Virus record (IMG/VR): IMGVR_UViG_3300017783_000003
Coordinates: 1 to 64,000 of that record
Source: a virus
Direction: 5' to 3' (one strand)
Length of the DNA: 64,000 nt
In this document: positions 45,479 to 55,134 of the stretch, piece after piece
Layout: each line of letters begins with the position of its first letter
Position numbering within the stretch: position 1 is the stretch's first letter
The notes under the pieces: model-generated
Told to the model about the DNA's origin: nothing
The model's database searches: none
The model's input: the letters and a program-made list of their open reading frames with translations, nothing else
Program-made: the position numbers and the translations under genes

Positions 45479-48400
45479 ATGGCTAGGATTTTAGTAGGTA
45501 GGGGTGATCAGGTTCAGATCAGATATCCTACACCATCCACATGGAATACACAAACTACGGTCCAGGTCCAAATTGGTACTGGATTAGATCCTACTGACGT
45601 TACATTTGGTACTAGAATACCTGATGCTACTGTAGATCAGTTTACTTTCGTCAATCAAAATGGTACTGATGTAAATGGTGCTGCTCGACAAACATTTGAG
45701 AAAGATAGTTTTTACTACTCCAATCAAATTTTATTGACTGGTATTGAAATTGTTATTCCAGCAACTATTAATGTAACTACTTCTGGTCCTCAAAACCCCA
45801 ACGGTGGTGGAAGAGATTTAACGAGCAATAGGTCATCAGCAGCATTTGAAGTTAATAATAGTGGTACATGGGTAACTAGTGCCAATGTACAGAATGATGA
45901 TCTGATTAGATTAAGAGTTAAAACAGAGGATTGGTATACAACCACAACAAATATTGAACTAGAAATTGGTGACGAAACTTTTGGTACTGGTATTGGAGAA
46001 CCATCTACTGTTGTTGTAGATACTTGGTCTGTTACAACTAGAGATCAAAAGCAATCTATTGGTCCAATTGTATTTACAGACTTTGTTGATGTAAATGAAG
46101 ATGAATTGGGTTCATGGAAAACAAAAACATTAAGCACGTCATTAATTGATGATGATGTTGTCCTTAGAGCAACTGCTACTGAAGATGGACAGGTATCTAA
46201 AGATAATGTAAATTGGACACAAGATCTTAGAAATGTTGTACTTGGCGACACGATATATTGTAGAGTTGCTATTGGTACTTGGACTGAGAAAACAGAAACA
46301 GATATTAGAGTATTTGCTGTTCCTAGTGAAAAATATACAGGTGGTTATGATAATAATGAACCAGGAACATATGGCAGACCAGATTTAGGTCTCAGTAGAC
46401 GATATACAGTTGTTCAAGAGACAGGAGATGAGGATGATGATTGGAATGTGTGGACGGAAGTAAAACGTTATCCAGATGCAGTTGAATGTAAACCAATTTA
46501 CGCCATATCTGATGGTGATGAAGTAATAGTATCTAGCGAAAACAATTATAATTTTGCTAACATATCCATTCAAGACGATTTTGGAGTAGTTGCATTTGGT
46601 TACTACTATGCAGACCTTTTAGTTAGTGGTCTTGGTGTGGAATATGTTGGTGGTGCATATGCAGATCTACAACAACCAGTAGATATCACAAGAAATGGTA
46701 TCGTTAATTTACAACCAACTGGAACAATTAAAGATAATTTTAGTGTTGGTGGTAATGATCCTCTTAATTTAAATGATGTGCAAGTCCTTGCCCGTGTATC
46801 AAACGGCAATGCGGACATGAGAAAGAAAGCAGTTGGTGGTGCGTGGGTACAATCCATGTACGTAAAGAATGGAGATGTTGTAACAATCAGACAACGTTCA
46901 CCATTACAATATAATACCACATTCACAAGTACATTGTTATTTGAAGGTCCTCCATTTGGTGGTCCCAATGGCAACCCAACTGAAGGTCCTAGTGTTGCTG
47001 AAAGATCTAGAGATAATGTCACCGATACCATTACAATTAAAAATAGGTTAGCAAGGACTACCCCATATCCATTTAAAGCATCTAATGTTTATAATGCAGA
47101 TCCTGGTCAAGTTGTAGAAACACAATTCACTGTTGAAGGTATTGATCTACCAGTTACTGTAAGTGTTTATGATCAAAGTTCTGCTGCTTCAGCACAACTT
47201 AGTTCAGATGGTATTAATTACAATGGTGCCAACATCACAAATGTGTATGAAGGAACTACAATGGCGTTGAGGTTTTCTGCTTCAACAACTAGAGGTAGTT
47301 TTACATATGTAACCATCAAAATTGGAACTAGATATGATACTGTGTATTGTTACACAGGTAAAGAAAATTTTGACTATATTCTCTATTCTAACCTAGGTGA
47401 TGTTAGTGCTCCAATTACTGTAAACATCCCCACTTTTGCGGAAGAAGTTGATTATGTAGTTACTGGTGGCGGTGGTGGTAATGGTGGAGATGATGCTCCA
47501 AATAGTTTTGGTGGTGCTGGTGCTGCTGGAAATGAACTTAGAGGTACATTAACTTTATCTACTGCATATTTACTCGCAAGTCCAACTATTAAATTATATC
47601 CTGGTGCTGGAGGTGATAATGGTCTTTCATTCACCGCAGGTGCGGCGGGTGGTTCAGGTGGATGGGGATATTCTATAGGTGGAGATGGCGGAGATTCTGG
47701 TCCTGGTGATCGTTCTGGTTCTGGTGGTGGTGGAGGAGGTGCTACTGGTGTCACATTAAATGATGGTACATTGCTATTTTTTGCAGGTGGAGGCGGAGGC
47801 GGTGCGGGTGCTGGTAACGATACTGAGATTCCCCCCGACGAAATGCACGGAAACTACACCACGCCAGGACCACTTAAAACTTCTACTTCTGGTCTTGGTG
47901 CCACCAGTGGTGCTGATGTGTTGACACAAGGTGGTGGTCCAGGTGGCGGTGGTGGTGGATTTGGAGAGGCAGGTCAAATTCTCACGACTAGAGATGATGA
48001 ATTTGACGTAGAAGTACAAACAACTGACCTGGATTCCACTGCTGGACAAGGTGGTGGTGCATATTATAACCCAACATATGCAACATTAGCTGCAAATTTA
48101 GGTCTAGGTTCAGTTGATGGACTCCCAGTTCCACCAATGCAAGGTTCAAAGCAAGGTGATGGTGGTATTATCTTACTAGGATTCCCCCCACAAGATAGAG
48201 ATCCAGAACCTGTTACATTTGATACAGTACCTGCCGATATTAATACAGTAGTACTATCTAATATCGTACAAGTTAGAGGTATTACTGGTCTTATTCAAGC
48301 AAGAGTTCTAGAAAATAGTGCTAGAATTAGAGTATATGATACTGATGGTGTAACATTATTGCAAGACTGGACTGCACCAAATGTATTAGTTGGTAATGAA

Positions 48401-51022
48401 ATGTGGATTCAGTTGGAAATGACAACTGGATTAGATTATTATTCAGACTATGTAAGTACATTAGATCTTGGTATAAAAAGATTTACATGGACAGTGCAAA
48501 CTGGTGAACCACCAGATACACTCCCCAATCCATTTGAAATTCCAGGAGTAAATGATGTAGAACCAAGTATTACTGGCAACCCAAATTTAGTAGAATCAGA
48601 ACCAATCCACATCACTGGTATTAATACACCAGTAGACATTTTTACTATTGGTAATGCTGCAGAAATTGCTATCTGTACTGATATAAGCACATGTGGCAAT
48701 TATTTTACTTATTCTTCTGGTACTCCTGGACAAATTAATAATAATCAATACTTTAAAGTAAGAATTCCAGCATCTGAAAATTATGCAACTGATTCATCAA
48801 CAACAGTTCAAGTTGGTTCCACCCCAGTAGAACCTGCTAAAAGATTTGTTGTTCGTACAATGGATGAACCTGATATTACTCCAGATAATTTCATCTTCTT
48901 CCCAATGGAAGATCAACCATTAGAAACACAAATTATTTCAAAAAACTCCGTTACTATTAGAGGTATTGATACTCCAACATTCTTTAGAATTACTAGAAAC
49001 GGAGGTAACACGCCAAATGCAACTATTATTCTCAATGGCGACGATACTGGACTATCTGAAGTAAATGTAGAACAAAATTCTGTAATTAAGTTAACATATT
49101 TAACATCAAATGTTCTTGGTGATAATGTAGAATTTACTATTGAATGTGGTACGTATACTACATTCTGGCAAGTTGAGAATGAAGGTAATTTTGGTGTCAA
49201 TCCAGATCCATTCTTGTTCTCAGATGTATATGCAGACGTGTTACAATATGGTGTGTCTAATGAGATTGTTACTGTTAACGGTATTAATGTTGCAGTACCA
49301 ATTTATGGCACTAATGGTATACAATTTGATATTGGATTGACGGGATCATATTCAACAATTGAACCATTAGATTCTGTAACTATTACTAATGGCACACAAT
49401 TTAGAGTTAGATTATTAGCATCTGCTGTTGCTGGTTTTGATACTAGTGGTATTGTCACAGTTGGTTCATACCAAACCCCATTTATTGTATATGCTAATGC
49501 AGCAGTACAAGATCCCATCAAAGGACAATGGTATAGTAGTATTCAAACTATTAAACCAGGAGCATCAGGTCAGATTAGATATTCCACTAAGTTTGAAGGT
49601 CTACCTATTGCAACTATCATGCCAGTCTTCCAAGACTCAACTGCAGTTAATGAAGATGGAGCAGCAGATAATTGGGGTGTTTTATCTGGTAAAGCAGATT
49701 CTAGATTCCATGGTTGGGTATATTGTGATGGTAGATATGTAAGCAAGACTGAGTTCCCACTATTATTTGAAATTATTGGATATCAATATGGTGCAACTGG
49801 TGGAGATACAGATCTGTTTAGAGTTCCTGATATGAGGAACAGAAGAATCTGTGGTACTGGTCCTATTGATGGAAACTCTTCATCTTCTCCTATTCTAAAT
49901 CCATTATATGGTCCTGCCAAATCATCTTTAAATGCATCAGGTAACAGACCAGGATCCCAAGGTGGACAGTGGTTCGTCAAGACAATTGATGATCCTGGTG
50001 TTGATACATCAGGTGATAACAATGAATTTGAACAGATCATTACTCCTGGTGAAGGACAACCAGCACAATCCAGTCCATTCTTTACTATCGCAAACGTTAA
50101 AACTACAGGATACAGTAATATATCAGATCAAGTTGAATTTGTTGCTGCTGGTCAAATGGGTGGTGTTGTCACACTAGATACAACTCCTGTTCGTGATATC
50201 CCACGCCACTTCCACGAACTAGTTGCTGGTCGCCCAGATCCAAATAGAACTAAAGGATATGTTACATGGGGTGGTGTTGGTGGTTTTGGTACAACCATCT
50301 CTCTCACTAGTAAAGCAGGTGTAGATGGTCCATCTGTTCAACCAAATAATGCCAGAATTAATATCTGGGGATATTGTACAGGAGATTATGATATTCAATA
50401 TCCTAATAATGTTCCTCAGGTTTCAATTTCATCTGATGATGATGGAAATATACCTATTTTTGCAACTTCTATGTCTTCATGGGATGGTCAATCGGGTGCT
50501 GGTCCTGGTGGCAGTGGTGATGGATACATTGGCGACTATGCCTCTGGGGGCGCATCTAGTATCACTGTTGAACAACCAAACTTGGATGGTTCGGAGCAAA
50601 CAGAAATTGAAGGATACATTAATCTTACATGGTCTGGTGGTAATGTTGATGAGTCTGGTAGTACTCTAAGATACATTGCAGCAGTTGATGTTCCTGAGAA
50701 GTTTATTAGTGTTCAAGCATATCGTCCAAGTAGAACTGAACATTCTCATTACATTAGTTTGTCTGACCCTGGTGATCAACAAGAAACGTTTAGTTGGGGT
50801 AAAGGTGAAGGTGCTGGTGTAATAACTCCTGGTAGTGAATTTGCTACAACTGAAGTTGATGTTAGATTTGATTCATTTGAAGTTGGTATGGAAATTCTTC
50901 CTGGAACATTCACACTTAAACAAACCAAACAGTTAATTCCTGTACCAGAATTATCTCCACAAGATACTATTCCATTGATGACACCATATACATACGTCCA
51001 CTGGATGATCAAATCATTCTAA
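45479..51022 (+). CDS. Long tail-fibre-like protein with Ig-like repeats, glycine-rich domain and tail-collar domain
   Basis: Repeated D..P..F.F...S..V.I.GI..P modules, polyglycine domain, GWVYCDG..FPLLF.IIG..YG..FRVPDMR, ends WMIKSF. Confidence 0.8.
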   Translation: MARILVGRGDQVQIRYPTPSTWNTQTTVQVQIGTGLDPTDVTFGTRIPDATVDQFTFVNQNGTDVNGAARQTFEKDSFYYSNQILLTGIEIVIPATINVTTSGPQNPNGGGRDLTSNRSSAAFEVNNSGTWVTSANVQNDDLIRLRVKTEDWYTTTTNIELEIGDETFGTGIGEPSTVVVDTWSVTTRDQKQSIGPIVFTDFVDVNEDELGSWKTKTLSTSLIDDDVVLRATATEDGQVSKDNVNWTQDLRNVVLGDTIYCRVAIGTWTEKTETDIRVFAVPSEKYTGGYDNNEPGTYGRPDLGLSRRYTVVQETGDEDDDWNVWTEVKRYPDAVECKPIYAISDGDEVIVSSENNYNFANISIQDDFGVVAFGYYYADLLVSGLGVEYVGGAYADLQQPVDITRNGIVNLQPTGTIKDNFSVGGNDPLNLNDVQVLARVSNGNADMRKKAVGGAWVQSMYVKNGDVVTIRQRSPLQYNTTFTSTLLFEGPPFGGPNGNPTEGPSVAERSRDNVTDTITIKNRLARTTPYPFKASNVYNADPGQVVETQFTVEGIDLPVTVSVYDQSSAASAQLSSDGINYNGANITNVYEGTTMALRFSASTTRGSFTYVTIKIGTRYDTVYCYTGKENFDYILYSNLGDVSAPITVNIPTFAEEVDYVVTGGGGGNGGDDAPNSFGGAGAAGNELRGTLTLSTAYLLASPTIKLYPGAGGDNGLSFTAGAAGGSGGWGYSIGGDGGDSGPGDRSGSGGGGGGATGVTLNDGTLLFFAGGGGGGAGAGNDTEIPPDEMHGNYTTPGPLKTSTSGLGATSGADVLTQGGGPGGGGGGFGEAGQILTTRDDEFDVEVQTTDLDSTAGQGGGAYYNPTYATLAANLGLGSVDGLPVPPMQGSKQGDGGIILLGFPPQDRDPEPVTFDTVPADINTVVLSNIVQVRGITGLIQARVLENSARIRVYDTDGVTLLQDWTAPNVLVGNEMWIQLEMTTGLDYYSDYVSTLDLGIKRFTWTVQTGEPPDTLPNPFEIPGVNDVEPSITGNPNLVESEPIHITGINTPVDIFTIGNAAEIAICTDISTCGNYFTYSSGTPGQINNNQYFKVRIPASENYATDSSTTVQVGSTPVEPAKRFVVRTMDEPDITPDNFIFFPMEDQPLETQIISKNSVTIRGIDTPTFFRITRNGGNTPNATIILNGDDTGLSEVNVEQNSVIKLTYLTSNVLGDNVEFTIECGTYTTFWQVENEGNFGVNPDPFLFSDVYADVLQYGVSNEIVTVNGINVAVPIYGTNGIQFDIGLTGSYSTIEPLDSVTITNGTQFRVRLLASAVAGFDTSGIVTVGSYQTPFIVYANAAVQDPIKGQWYSSIQTIKPGASGQIRYSTKFEGLPIATIMPVFQDSTAVNEDGAADNWGVLSGKADSRFHGWVYCDGRYVSKTEFPLLFEIIGYQYGATGGDTDLFRVPDMRNRRICGTGPIDGNSSSSPILNPLYGPAKSSLNASGNRPGSQGGQWFVKTIDDPGVDTSGDNNEFEQIITPGEGQPAQSSPFFTIANVKTTGYSNISDQVEFVAAGQMGGVVTLDTTPVRDIPRHFHELVAGRPDPNRTKGYVTWGGVGGFGTTISLTSKAGVDGPSVQPNNARINIWGYCTGDYDIQYPNNVPQVSISSDDDGNIPIFATSMSSWDGQSGAGPGGSGDGYIGDYASGGASSITVEQPNLDGSEQTEIEGYINLTWSGGNVDESGSTLRYIAAVDVPEKFISVQAYRPSRTEHSHYISLSDPGDQQETFSWGKGEGAGVITPGSEFATTEVDVRFDSFEVGMEILPGTFTLKQTKQLIPVPELSPQDTIPLMTPYTYVHWMIKSF

Positions 51023-51041
51023 ATACATATAAACCACGACA

Positions 51042-51980
51042 ATGGCATTTAATCCAAACGACTTTATTTTACAAGATATGTCTCCAGTTCCAGAGGGATT
51101 GGAGAAATCTTTACTTGAATATGATTCTAAAGCAAAGTTGATCCTGGTACGTACTACCGACGACACTAACGGTGGATTTAAATACCAGTCTGTCTTCTTG
51201 AATAGCAAACTTAATGAAAACTTACTCAATAATATTCCTGATGAGTATTCTCATCCAAAGGATAAATTATTGTTCTTTGCTATCTATGAAGATGGATCTT
51301 TCTATGCTATGAAAGAGAAAATGAAGTACAGTTTCAAGCAAGATAAATCGTTTTTAGTCAAATATGACGTTGACGATTTTACGACTGAAGATGCCAAAGA
51401 AATCTTTGAAACTATGAAAACAACAGTCTTCGTACAGATGACTGTTAACGAGAACGCTAGAAACAAAGCAGCATTGGCAGTACTTGAGAAGAGAGAATAT
51501 CTAGATGACGTATATAATACTATGCTTTCTGAAAGAGATACTTTTTTAAGAGAATCTGATCACAGAATTTTGGATGATTATCCAGAGACTTTTGATGGTG
51601 AGAAAGTATTGTGGACACAATGGAGAGCAAAATTAAGAGAAATTGTCAAGGGACCTGATTCATTTGAATCAAATATAGATTATCTAATTTATGTTGAAGA
51701 ATTTAAATGGCCTGTTGATCCTGTAGTATATCATGTTGATTATAGGGACAGCGGTAGATACTTAGAGACTGATGATCAGTATAATAAGCAACCAAATGCA
51801 ATCTCATCTCCAAGACAGCAAAAAATTATTATACAACAGGATGCTATCATCAATAGTAAGAAATTACGTGATGAAAGAGGTGTACCAGTCTCTAAACAAA
51901 TTCTTGAAATTATTGAAAAGTATGAACTTTGTGAAGGACTATTTGATTTTGACATTAACGAACTATCATTAGGAGTTTAA
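51042..51980 (+). CDS. Tail-fibre assembly chaperone-like protein
   Basis: ERD.FL.ESD...L.DYP...W..WRAKLREI...WPVDP motif; directly after the fibre gene. Confidence 0.7.
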   Translation: MAFNPNDFILQDMSPVPEGLEKSLLEYDSKAKLILVRTTDDTNGGFKYQSVFLNSKLNENLLNNIPDEYSHPKDKLLFFAIYEDGSFYAMKEKMKYSFKQDKSFLVKYDVDDFTTEDAKEIFETMKTTVFVQMTVNENARNKAALAVLEKREYLDDVYNTMLSERDTFLRESDHRILDDYPETFDGEKVLWTQWRAKLREIVKGPDSFESNIDYLIYVEEFKWPVDPVVYHVDYRDSGRYLETDDQYNKQPNAISSPRQQKIIIQQDAIINSKKLRDERGVPVSKQILEIIEKYELCEGLFDFDINELSLGV

Positions 51981-51982
51981 TC

Positions 51983-52360
51983 ATGCAAGTACACGATTTT
52001 CTTAGTTTTGCTAATGATCTTACTGGACAAGACGATGAAAAAAGATATCTAATGATTTTAAGGACTGTTGGTCCTGATGGTGTAGAGGATGCTGAAAAGG
52101 CAAATAAAATCTATTCTGCATATCATAATAATCTATCAGAATACCCTGGTATGTTTGATAAACTATTATATAACGAATTTGTATTCATCTATTGGGATAC
52201 TGAAGCGGAAGCAAGAGCATTTGTTAGAGAAAATTTACCAGAACATGCTACAGACTTGAGTGATCCTGATTATTTCGTTCAATATTATTTGTTCTCGGAA
52301 GGTATGTTCTTGGCAGGTAATAACAGTATTAAAGGATTAACAGAGCTACCTTATCAGTGA
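51983..52360 (+). CDS. Hypothetical protein
   Basis: AGGAG SD; last gene of the late block. Confidence 0.7.
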   Translation: MQVHDFLSFANDLTGQDDEKRYLMILRTVGPDGVEDAEKANKIYSAYHNNLSEYPGMFDKLLYNEFVFIYWDTEAEARAFVRENLPEHATDLSDPDYFVQYYLFSEGMFLAGNNSIKGLTELPYQ

Positions 52361-52374
52361 ACCTTGGCAGAGTT

Positions 52375-52403
52375 ATTCTACTGGTTTACTGAGGTTTTGT
52401 CAA
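52375..52403 (-). promoter_or_regulatory. Antisense sigma70-type promoter
   Basis: Reverse complement TTGACA-aaacctcagtaaaccag-TAGAAT (17-nt spacer). Confidence 0.65.
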
Positions 52404-52407
52404 GGGG

Positions 52408-52438
52408 TTGACAGATCAAGCATTTTGTGGGATACTAT
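52408..52438 (+). promoter_or_regulatory. Sigma70-type promoter of the helicase gene
   Basis: TTGACA followed by GATACT (17 nt) or TACTAT (19 nt). Confidence 0.6.
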
Positions 52439-52458
52439 GTATGTAATCACCACATGCA

Positions 52459-53676
52459 ATGCAACTCCATCCACACCAGAACCGAGCACTCAACGCTCTG
52501 TCCACGTATACTCATGGTCAGATCATTGCTCCAACAGGTGCTGGTAAGACCTTGATGATGATCTTTGATGCTCTTCGTCGCATCAAGAACGCTACCACAC
52601 CACAGACTATCGTTGTCTGTGCTCCACGTATCTTGCTTGCAGAGCAACTCTGCTGTGAGTTCATGGAGTTTATTGACTGTGCTAACGTTTTGCACGTTCA
52701 CAGTGGAGAGACACAGTATAAGAGCACTACCAAAGCATCTGTGATTCAAGAATGGGATGAGATTGTTGATAATCACAAGATCATCTTCACTACATATAAT
52801 TCTCTCCGTCGTATCAATGAGTCTGAGATTGATATCAGTGTTGCTTACTTCGATGAAGCACATAATGGCGTACGCAAAGACTTTTTTGATTATGTCAGTG
52901 TTTGTAATGCTGACAACTATTATTACTTCACTGCTACTCCTAAGTACAGAAAGAATGGCAATGGTATGAACAATCATATCGTCTTCGGACGTGTGATTGC
53001 TAATATACCTGCACCAGAACTTGTAGAACAAGGCAGCATTCTTCGTCCTACTATTGATATCCATGAGGTTGACATTGAGAGATGTAAGACAAATGCTGCT
53101 GAGAATGATGCAGATACCTTAATCAACATGATTGACAGACTGGACGCCAGAAACGCCCAGAAGGTCCTTGTTGCTGCTCCTAGCACAAAGGTACTGTGGA
53201 ACATGTTATCGACCACACAAGTCCTTACAGACCTGTCTCAGCGTGGTTACGATGTTATGCACATCACCAGTAAGCATGGTGCATATGTTAATCAACAAAA
53301 AGTAACCCGTGATCAGTTTTTCCAGACTCTTAATGAATGGGGTGCTGATCATGAGCGTAAATTTATTATCTTCCACTACAGCATTCTATCTGAAGGTATC
53401 AACGTGCAGGGTCTGACTCACACAATTCTCCTTCGTAATCTCCCCATCATTGAGATGGCACAGACTATCGGTCGTGTGATTCGTCTTAACAAGGAAGATT
53501 CTGCTGATATTCAATCTGGCAAGATTGCTGCTGGTAACTTCTCCATGTATCGCAAGCGTACTGGGTTTGTTACTGTACCTGTATTCAAAAACTATGGTAA
53601 GAATACTCGTCAACGTTTGAATGATGTGGTCTCTACTATCTTTGATAAAGGTGAACCCGCTATTGATATTAAATAG
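52459..53676 (+). CDS. SF2 DEAD/DEAH-box helicase
   Basis: APTGAGKT, FTTYNSL, FDEAHN, FTATP, LSEGINV, QTIGRVIR. Confidence 0.92.
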   Translation: MQLHPHQNRALNALSTYTHGQIIAPTGAGKTLMMIFDALRRIKNATTPQTIVVCAPRILLAEQLCCEFMEFIDCANVLHVHSGETQYKSTTKASVIQEWDEIVDNHKIIFTTYNSLRRINESEIDISVAYFDEAHNGVRKDFFDYVSVCNADNYYYFTATPKYRKNGNGMNNHIVFGRVIANIPAPELVEQGSILRPTIDIHEVDIERCKTNAAENDADTLINMIDRLDARNAQKVLVAAPSTKVLWNMLSTTQVLTDLSQRGYDVMHITSKHGAYVNQQKVTRDQFFQTLNEWGADHERKFIIFHYSILSEGINVQGLTHTILLRNLPIIEMAQTIGRVIRLNKEDSADIQSGKIAAGNFSMYRKRTGFVTVPVFKNYGKNTRQRLNDVVSTIFDKGEPAIDIK

Positions 53677-53688
53677 TATAGTTGAAGG

Positions 53689-53913
53689 ATGTATATGTAT
53701 GAATCATTAAATTGTTTTGAAGAGGCACTTAAACACTTTGGAACCCGTGTTGAAATGATTACATGTATGGAGATGGCACGTAAGATCTCTTCTGAGGATG
53801 CATACCAAATGATCAAAGATGAACTGAAAGCAGTTAAAAAATGTCGTAAACATTTTAATATACAAAAAAAAGCAATCGAGTATTTGAGTTTTGAAGATGA
53901 TGATAATATATAA
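53689..53913 (+). CDS. Hypothetical cyanophage protein
   Basis: FEEALKHFGTRVE....ME...KIS.EDAYQMIKDELK motif. Confidence 0.75.
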   Translation: MYMYESLNCFEEALKHFGTRVEMITCMEMARKISSEDAYQMIKDELKAVKKCRKHFNIQKKAIEYLSFEDDDNI

Positions 53914-54151
53914 TAATTGGTTATGGTTCTGTGCTCTTGTACTTTTAGTATATGTGTTCGCAAGTGATCGAAATGTTTCCGACTACATAGTATTGAGAAT
54001 TAAATTAGTATCAATAAACATTAAAAGATATTGGTACATTATTCAATTTCATCCTAGCAATAAAATCTCTCGTTGGTTTTTTGAGAGGCGCTTACGTAAA
54101 TTAATTAAATCTTTTGATAATGAAATTCACCGATCTGATCTGGACAACTGA
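53891..54151 (+). CDS. Hypothetical membrane protein
   Basis: TM helix, D.NV..Y..L, HP.N motifs. Confidence 0.6.
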   Translation: MKMMIIYNNWLWFCALVLLVYVFASDRNVSDYIVLRIKLVSINIKRYWYIIQFHPSNKISRWFFERRLRKLIKSFDNEIHRSDLDN

Positions 54152-54749
54152 CAATGCACTGAGTGCTTCTTTTTGTAAGAAAACTATTAAAAAATTTGAA
54201 GAGCGTGTAGAAGACCAAAAACATGGTATTGTTGGTGGAGGATATGTTCCGAGTATAAAGAGATCTACAGACCTTCATATATCAGGAAACGATGCTTGGA
54301 CTATTGAAGATAAAGTGTTTTATGAATCTCTCAACAAACACTATGACATATACAGAAAACATGTAAACCATAGTGGTTTGTATGAAGAAATGGGGAGAAA
54401 TTGTAATGATGTTGGTTATCAATTACAAAAGACTGTTCCAGGAGAATATTATCATTGGCATCATGATTCAATTCCAGAATGGAATATACAAATTGAGACA
54501 CTATCAAATCGTATTGTAACTTTCATTTGGTATCTTAATGATGTTACTGATGATAATGGTGGTTACACTGAGTTTATTGATGGGACAAGAATACAACCAA
54601 AGCAGGGTAAAATGCTATTTTTTCCCTCTACTTGGAATTATGTGCATCGAGGAGTTTCTCCTGTTGATGAAATTAAGTATATTTGTACTGGATGGATGTA
54701 CACAGATTTTACTATTTTCTCTCAAAACCTCCAAGTAACGGGAGGTTAG
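54120..54749 (+). CDS. 2OG-Fe(II) oxygenase (prolyl-4-hydroxylase-like)
   Basis: YHWHHD, TFIWYLND, GG.TEF, FFPSTWNY.HRG, KYICTGW. Confidence 0.9.
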   Translation: MKFTDLIWTTDNALSASFCKKTIKKFEERVEDQKHGIVGGGYVPSIKRSTDLHISGNDAWTIEDKVFYESLNKHYDIYRKHVNHSGLYEEMGRNCNDVGYQLQKTVPGEYYHWHHDSIPEWNIQIETLSNRIVTFIWYLNDVTDDNGGYTEFIDGTRIQPKQGKMLFFPSTWNYVHRGVSPVDEIKYICTGWMYTDFTIFSQNLQVTGG

Positions 54750-54750
54750 C

Positions 54751-55134
54751 ATGGGAATGTTTGATATTGTACGTTCATCGTACAAATTGGGTAAAAAATT
54801 TGAAGGTGTCAATCAAACAAAAGATATTAGATGTGATGGTGGATCATTAATAGAACATTGGATTGATCCATCTGGTAAACTGTGGATGATTGATACTTCT
54901 GATACACAAGATTTTGTTCTTGATGAAGACAATCTGTTATATTATAGATGGGAACCAAATGGTAGACATGGTAGAGTTACACCACTATACATCACAGGAT
55001 CTGTTAAAATCTATCCAGAGAAATATTATGGTCCACCACAAGACCTTCCCACATGCACTATCAATTTTATTGGTGGCATTATAAAATCATTCAGTTTACA
55101 TCCAAAACACTATTATGAAATTCATTGGACTTAG
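54751..55134 (+). CDS. Hypothetical protein
   Basis: MGMFD..RSSY, QTKD, WIDPSG.L motifs; GGAGG SD. Confidence 0.75.
   Translation: MGMFDIVRSSYKLGKKFEGVNQTKDIRCDGGSLIEHWIDPSGKLWMIDTSDTQDFVLDEDNLLYYRWEPNGRHGRVTPLYITGSVKIYPEKYYGPPQDLPTCTINFIGGIIKSFSLHPKHYYEIHWT

Noticed and set aside
28896-51229. Many 60-145 aa alternative-frame and antisense ORFs inside the fibre genes
   Set aside because: Shadow ORFs arising from codon bias of long genes; no SD, promoter or motif support.
52447-53064. 205-aa minus-strand ORF
   Set aside because: Lies antisense to the well-conserved helicase motifs and has no recognisable features.
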